Virus record (IMG/VR): IMGVR_UViG_3300027932_000001
Location: 105-64,104 of that record
Origin: a virus
Reading direction: 5' to 3' (one strand)
DNA length: 64,000 nt
Each line of letters begins with the position of its first letter. The first letter of the stretch is position 1. Shown piece after piece: positions 59,558 through 64,000 of this stretch. The notes under the pieces are model-generated. The model saw only the letters and a list, made by a program, of their open reading frames with translations, did no database searches and was not told the origin of the DNA. A program made the position numbers and the translations under genes.

Positions 59558-59800
59558 TCATTCCTCTTCTTCTAGATATAACGGGTCATCACACCCGTCA
59601 GGAAACTCATAACCGTGATCGAATACAGTACAACACATGGCATCATCGTCAGTCTCGCCAACCCGCTCAGAAACAATAACGTCTTTGGACTCTTTCCATT
59701 TTTCAAATTCTTCTAACTGGTCTTTGGGTACACATATATCGTATGTTGTGTACTCGTCGAGTGTGATTCTGTATATATCATATTCTTTATTTTTACTCAT
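59558..59800 (-). CDS. Small acidic protein
   Basis: 80 aa, D/E-rich. Confidence 0.6.
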   Translation of the reverse strand: MSKNKEYDIYRITLDEYTTYDICVPKDQLEEFEKWKESKDVIVSERVGETDDDAMCCTVFDHGYEFPDGCDDPLYLEEEE

Positions 59801-60383
59801 TTTTTGTCACCTCATGTCCCTCTTCAATTTTCCTTATTTCTATTTTATTATCATCATTAAACTCAATTCTGATTTTCTTGTACACTCCAGGGATCTCTAA
59901 ATTTAGCACGTCAGCATAATCAAACCCAGTCCCCATCATCACGTTTTCAACATTGTCAGGATCTATAGGTTCTTTGCATTCATTTATCTCGTATATAGAA
60001 GCAGGTCTAGCCTTATTATCTTCGGCATCATATTCTAAAATTACGGCTACTGGTATTTCATTTCTTCTTATTACTCCGAATTCATAAAATTTTGTATTTG
60101 AAGAATATATTATAATTGGGAGAGGAGCTATATAGCATAAGGAAGACATTACAGATTTTAACATCTGGTAGACGAATCTTTTCCTTATGCAGTCTCCTTT
60201 CAAATTCTCAGCAATACGAGTAAGATGGGTATAGAGATTCTCAAAACGATGATGGGGTTCGAGATCATTTAGCTTATCCTCCTTTAGACCAAGTAGCTCC
60301 CAAAAAAATTGGATTTTATTCCCTTTATTTTGACTTAACTCTCTCTTATTTTCCATTTTGCTTTCACACGTATTCACATCCAA
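59793..60383 (-). CDS. Hypothetical protein
   Basis: 196 aa. Confidence 0.6.
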   Translation of the reverse strand: MDVNTCESKMENKRELSQNKGNKIQFFWELLGLKEDKLNDLEPHHRFENLYTHLTRIAENLKGDCIRKRFVYQMLKSVMSSLCYIAPLPIIIYSSNTKFYEFGVIRRNEIPVAVILEYDAEDNKARPASIYEINECKEPIDPDNVENVMMGTGFDYADVLNLEIPGVYKKIRIEFNDDNKIEIRKIEEGHEVTKNE

Positions 60384-60485
60384 AATCGAACTTATAAATC
60401 TTCATTAAGTTTCGCTTTGGGCCGAAAGAGAAAAGCTGGCAGATAACTAAAAATAATAAAAACAACGGATAACTAAAAATAATTT

Positions 60486-61178
60486 ATGAATCCACTTAAC
60501 ACACTTAACCCGCACCCCCCTACAAGTACCGAAATAATGGCACTACCTTTTTTGGCAGTAGTTGCAATTGGATTATTTCAATATGTTGTATATACTAAAG
60601 TAAAAAAACGTGGATATAGAATTTCATGGCGTGAGATATTAAGATTTGAAATGACTATATTAAAATCAACAATTATTGATACGTCACACTTCGTTTTATT
60701 ATTTCTAATAATGACTTTACCATTAATTGGCATAGGTGTATCTACCGAGTTATCTGTGGTATCTGTGGTAATCCTTGAAGACTCGCCACTCGGCAATGTG
60801 CGGTGTCCTTTACCAGTTGGTACTGAAACCACGATCATCTCTTTCTTGTCTTTATTGTCTTTACTTGCTAGTGTTATACTTATGCACTATTTCTTGGATA
60901 AGTACGGAGCAGTCTACAAATTGTCACTTATGTATTTCGTTAGAGACGATATCAGACGGTTCTTAAAGAAACACATAGATATATACCCAATGCTGATGAC
61001 AGGTTTTACGATGTACGTTGCGACAATTGTTGCCCTTTTTGAAACGCTCGTGGTTGCACCGTTGATTTTGTCAAAAGAGATTGCAGGCATGATTGTTGTA
61101 TTTCTGCTCGTTGAGGTTCTGGCAAACGAAGAATACCAGAACGCTTTCAGTCTTGTAGAAAAAATAATGAAAGTGTAG
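60486..61178 (+). CDS. Polytopic membrane protein, paralog of 62553
   Basis: MHYFLDKYGAVYKL...FLKKHIDIY. Confidence 0.7.
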   Translation: MNPLNTLNPHPPTSTEIMALPFLAVVAIGLFQYVVYTKVKKRGYRISWREILRFEMTILKSTIIDTSHFVLLFLIMTLPLIGIGVSTELSVVSVVILEDSPLGNVRCPLPVGTETTIISFLSLLSLLASVILMHYFLDKYGAVYKLSLMYFVRDDIRRFLKKHIDIYPMLMTGFTMYVATIVALFETLVVAPLILSKEIAGMIVVFLLVEVLANEEYQNAFSLVEKIMKV

Positions 61179-61226
61179 AGGCAAACGGCTAAAGAGAAAC
61201 AACTCTCTTCTTCTTAATTTTTTTCT

Positions 61227-61742
61227 CTACAAGGTATTAATATTCTCCTTTCTCTCTCCTGTTATCGTTTTTGCATCTATTACTTCTATCTCCCCTTCTT
61301 TTCCCAAATATTCTAACACTGCGTCACTATCATCTATCATTATTACCTTATCTTGGTCATATTTTTCCCTGAGCCTCCTTATGGCGTCTCTCTTAAACTC
61401 ATGGTCTTTCCTGAAGTCCTTCTCAGCCCTCAGCACGACTTCGTTCGGCTCTATCCCTATCTCTGACAGCTGTTTGAGAGTGGCTTCGCGTTGTTTTTCC
61501 GAACGTCCGCTGACTACGGCGATCACTTCTGGTTCTTTCTCCTCAATTAACTGTTTGACAAACTTGATAACTTCCCACTTAGGCTTGTCCAGGTTCATGA
61601 ACCTCGGTGATTGATAACATTCCCAAAACACACGGTCGGGTACCCAAAACAGGCGATTGTTTTTGTTGGACAACTTCTTGCATTCGTTCCACCTGCCGAT
61701 TGTATCGAAAAGCGTACCGTCCAAATCTAGGACTAACATCAT
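61227..61742 (-). CDS. HAD phosphatase (T4 PNKP phosphatase-like)
   Basis: DLDGTL, SGR, LRAEKDFRKDHEFK, IDDS. Confidence 0.85.
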   Translation of the reverse strand: MMLVLDLDGTLFDTIGRWNECKKLSNKNNRLFWVPDRVFWECYQSPRFMNLDKPKWEVIKFVKQLIEEKEPEVIAVVSGRSEKQREATLKQLSEIGIEPNEVVLRAEKDFRKDHEFKRDAIRRLREKYDQDKVIMIDDSDAVLEYLGKEGEIEVIDAKTITGERKENINTL

Positions 61743-61973
61743 TTGGATCCACTCTCTCTTGTTTGTTTAAAACTTAATATTGTTATTTTCCCATTCTCTT
61801 CTTTGAAGTCTAGCTCCTTAGCTTTGCTCTATACGGATTATCGATATCATACTTGACGACGAACAACTTAGGAACGAACTGCTTAAAAAGCTGAGAAGTC
61901 GTAAAATTAACGTCTCATCAATAATTGACGCGAAGGATGAGAAAAATGCAAAACGTTAAAAATACGTTCTTTG

Positions 61974-62011
61974 TCGTCGGGAATCCCGACGATATCGTCG
62001 GGAATCCGACG
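61974..62011. promoter_or_regulatory. Nested tandem palindrome immediately before a TATA box
   Basis: tcgtcgggaatcccgacga tatcgtcgggaatccgacg, then tatttaaaa. Confidence 0.6.
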
Positions 62012-62046
62012 GCATGTATTTAAAATGACGTGAGGCGGGATTAAAC

Positions 62047-62223
62047 ATGGTGAAAAGAAAAATGAACAAGATCACGGACGGAGTTAAGATATCGGTCTAC
62101 GTCCCACGCGAATGGCATGAGCAGATGAAGGAGTTAGCGGAAAAGAACCATATAGCTATCAGCGACGTATACAGATTAGCCGTGAAAGAATTCGTCGACA
62201 GGCGTTTCGCCATGAAGGTCTAA
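62047..62223 (+). CDS. Ribbon-helix-helix protein, 58 aa (not in ORF track)
   Basis: MVKRKMNKITDGVKISVYVPREWHEQMKELAEKNHIAISDVYRLAVKEFVDRRFAMKV. Confidence 0.8.
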   Translation: MVKRKMNKITDGVKISVYVPREWHEQMKELAEKNHIAISDVYRLAVKEFVDRRFAMKV

Positions 62224-62260
62224 AGTTAATTCGTTTTTCCCCAAAAAGCAGAACATTTTT

Positions 62261-62446
62261 TTATTTAACAATTAACGCAGATATTAGAAATATTCCTATT
62301 AACTCTAAAACTCCTGCAAAAATCGCAAATAAACCTGCATCTTCTCTAGTTGCAATATAGATCAAAGCTCCAAGGATTATTTCAAATATAGCAGACACTT
62401 CCACTATTAAGAATAATATCCCTACGTCCATACTTATCTCTACCAA
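62261..62446 (-). CDS. Small two-TM protein
   Basis: 61 aa, hydrophobic. Confidence 0.5.
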   Translation of the reverse strand: MVEISMDVGILFLIVEVSAIFEIILGALIYIATREDAGLFAIFAGVLELIGIFLISALIVK

Positions 62447-62552
62447 ACTTAAAGTATTTAAACTTCACGGTTTATCGAAAACTGCAAGGCTTTACGCCCC
62501 CTTAGTCATCAATTTAAATAATAGTTTAACAAAAAGTACGCTTAGAGCGAAA

Positions 62553-63203
62553 ATGGACACATTTATAGAAACCAAAATAATAACATTTATAGCACTTTTA
62601 GTAGTCCTGCTTGCATTATTAGAGTATAGCCTATATACTGTATTAAAAACAAAATATTATTGGAAAACACGTAACGAGATATTAAAACTTGAAATAATTT
62701 TATTAAAATCTTTATTTAAACTAACGATTATTTGTGTGCCACGCCTCGCTTTATTATTTCTAGTTATATCTTTACCATTGATTGGCATGGTTTTGTCCAC
62801 CGAGTTTTTTGTGTTATTCTCACTTAGCTCCTTGCTACTCTTCAAGGTGTTATCGCCTGGTCTTTTACTTATTGATGTCGTGATCATGCACTATTTCCTA
62901 GGTAAGTACGGATCTTTATACAAATTGCCCATCTTATTTTTTATAAGAAACGATACCAGGCAGTTCTTAGAAAAACACCTGGATATCTATATCATTCTAA
63001 TGATGGGTTTTACGGTGTTTGTCGTATCTGTTGTAGACCTTTTGATATTTCTCGTAGACACACCTACGGTTTTATCAAAAATTGCTGTAGGCATAATTAT
63101 TACACTTCTGCTCTTTTATGTTATACATAATAAGAAGTACGAGAAAGCTATAAACCTACTGACTTCCTCACGTCATAAAGGACGGGGATTTACGCCCTCT
63201 TAA
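62553..63203 (+). CDS. Polytopic membrane protein, paralog of 60486
   Basis: MHYFLGKYGSLYKL...FLEKHLDIY; its 3-prime end is an IS605 end remnant. Confidence 0.7.
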   Translation: MDTFIETKIITFIALLVVLLALLEYSLYTVLKTKYYWKTRNEILKLEIILLKSLFKLTIICVPRLALLFLVISLPLIGMVLSTEFFVLFSLSSLLLFKVLSPGLLLIDVVIMHYFLGKYGSLYKLPILFFIRNDTRQFLEKHLDIYIILMMGFTVFVVSVVDLLIFLVDTPTVLSKIAVGIIITLLLFYVIHNKKYEKAINLLTSSRHKGRGFTPS

Positions 63204-63229
63204 TCCCCAGAAAGTTAAACAAACTTCCT

Positions 63230-63249
63230 GAAAACACAGTTGTGATTTC
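63230..63249. promoter_or_regulatory. Dispersed palindrome copy 11
   Basis: gaaaacacagttgtgatttc upstream of the 63319 gene. Confidence 0.7.
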
Positions 63250-63318
63250 AAATAATACGCCCTAAAATTTAATGAAAATGAAGAAATATTTTTAAATCAC
63301 AAAATTAAAGCTTAACAT

Positions 63319-63582
63319 ATGGAAACTCCAATTAAAAGGTATTACATCGCAACTATGACAGAAAATGAGAGGAACTTTGCTAATAGAGTATTGCGGACAC
63401 TAAACAGTATAGCAGACCCAAGGACTGGAATAGTGGACATTGACTGGACAGAGCTAATAAACGCAGTAAGAATATTAACTGGGCTAGAGGCAATTGACAG
63501 TTACAAGCTACTTAAAAAAATGGAGGAATACGGTGCAATACAACTAAAGCCTTTTGTGAGAGTTCTAAGAAGCGAAATTTGA
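63319..63582 (+). CDS. Small winged-helix-like protein
   Basis: WTELINAV...YKLLKKMEEYGAIQL. Confidence 0.55.
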   Translation: METPIKRYYIATMTENERNFANRVLRTLNSIADPRTGIVDIDWTELINAVRILTGLEAIDSYKLLKKMEEYGAIQLKPFVRVLRSEI

Positions 63583-63626
63583 CCTTATTTCCCGTCCTTA
63601 CGGACGGGTAGCTCATGCCATGCTCT

Positions 63627-63814
63627 TTAATTTTCTAACAGCTTCTTATACTCGTATAATTTATTATCACCCTTCAACATCTTCATTATCTCGTCTTTAT
63701 CATATCCTAGCAGTTGTAGAGTATATGCTCTCTCCTTCAAATGCTTCAATATGTTCCCGCTCACACCAAAAGTATTTGCTATTTCTTCTCCAGTTACAAT
63801 CGGTTCTGTTATAC
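63627..63814 (-). pseudogene. 3-prime fragment of a gene cut by the tnpB element; resembles a CCA-adding/poly(A) polymerase C-terminus
   Basis: ITEPIVTGEEIANTFGVSGNILKHLKERAYTLQLLG...; no start codon before the IS boundary. Confidence 0.45.
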
Positions 63815-64000
63815 AAATTGGGGGTTAAGGGGGCGAAAAACCTCACCCTTCAGGGCGGGGATGGATAGCCCCCTTACAGAAAGTTTAAATACTTTTTTGT
63901 AAAAATTTCTCTTAATGCCCGACGTAGGGTTCCGTTTTAGAGCGTACACTGACGTACAGACATTGAGGGCGTTAAAAGCCCAGTTGAAGTTAGCATGTGA
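63815..64000 (+). mobile_element. IS200/IS605 (ISC1316-like) element: left end and start of tnpB; truncated by window
   Basis: ttgggggttaagggggcg...ggggatggatagccccc left end, TATA box, then tnpB ATG. Confidence 0.8.
63915..64000 (+). CDS. tnpB: TnpB N-terminus (partial)
   Basis: [29 protein letters not shown], a typical Sulfolobales TnpB start. Confidence 0.8.
   Translation, partial: MPDVGFRFRAYTDVQTLRALKAQLKLAC

Overview
AT-rich window with no host housekeeping genes, best read as most of the genome of a large tailed spindle-shaped virus of Sulfolobales (Bicaudaviridae-like, STSV/ATV/SMV relatives). Support: a coat protein starting [14 protein letters not shown] that I recall as near-identical to the STSV1 coat protein, a MoxR AAA+ ATPase with a vWA partner, two ParB-like proteins, ThyX, a dCTP deaminase/dUTPase, a tyrosine recombinase, a PNKP-type HAD phosphatase, a 2248-aa giant protein and large glycoprotein-like virion proteins. 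The outstanding feature is a cas-free dual-repeat array (about 28 units of 38 nt: 13-nt repeat, 9-nt spacer, 7-nt repeat, 9-nt spacer; 32790-33850) abutting a nuclease-less IS110/Nop-domain gene with two Zn-ribbon insertions (33857-34888). This is a TIGR-Tas-like RNA-guided system with unusual repeats and an apparently convergent array. The window also holds a degenerate viral mini-CRISPR array, an 11-copy dispersed palindromic operator, two identical 323-bp IS605-type MITEs, many IS605 end remnants at gene boundaries, an ISH3 element, the start of a tnpB element and two candidate Csx16-like ring-nuclease proteins. All family assignments come from motif reading and recall, not from database searches.
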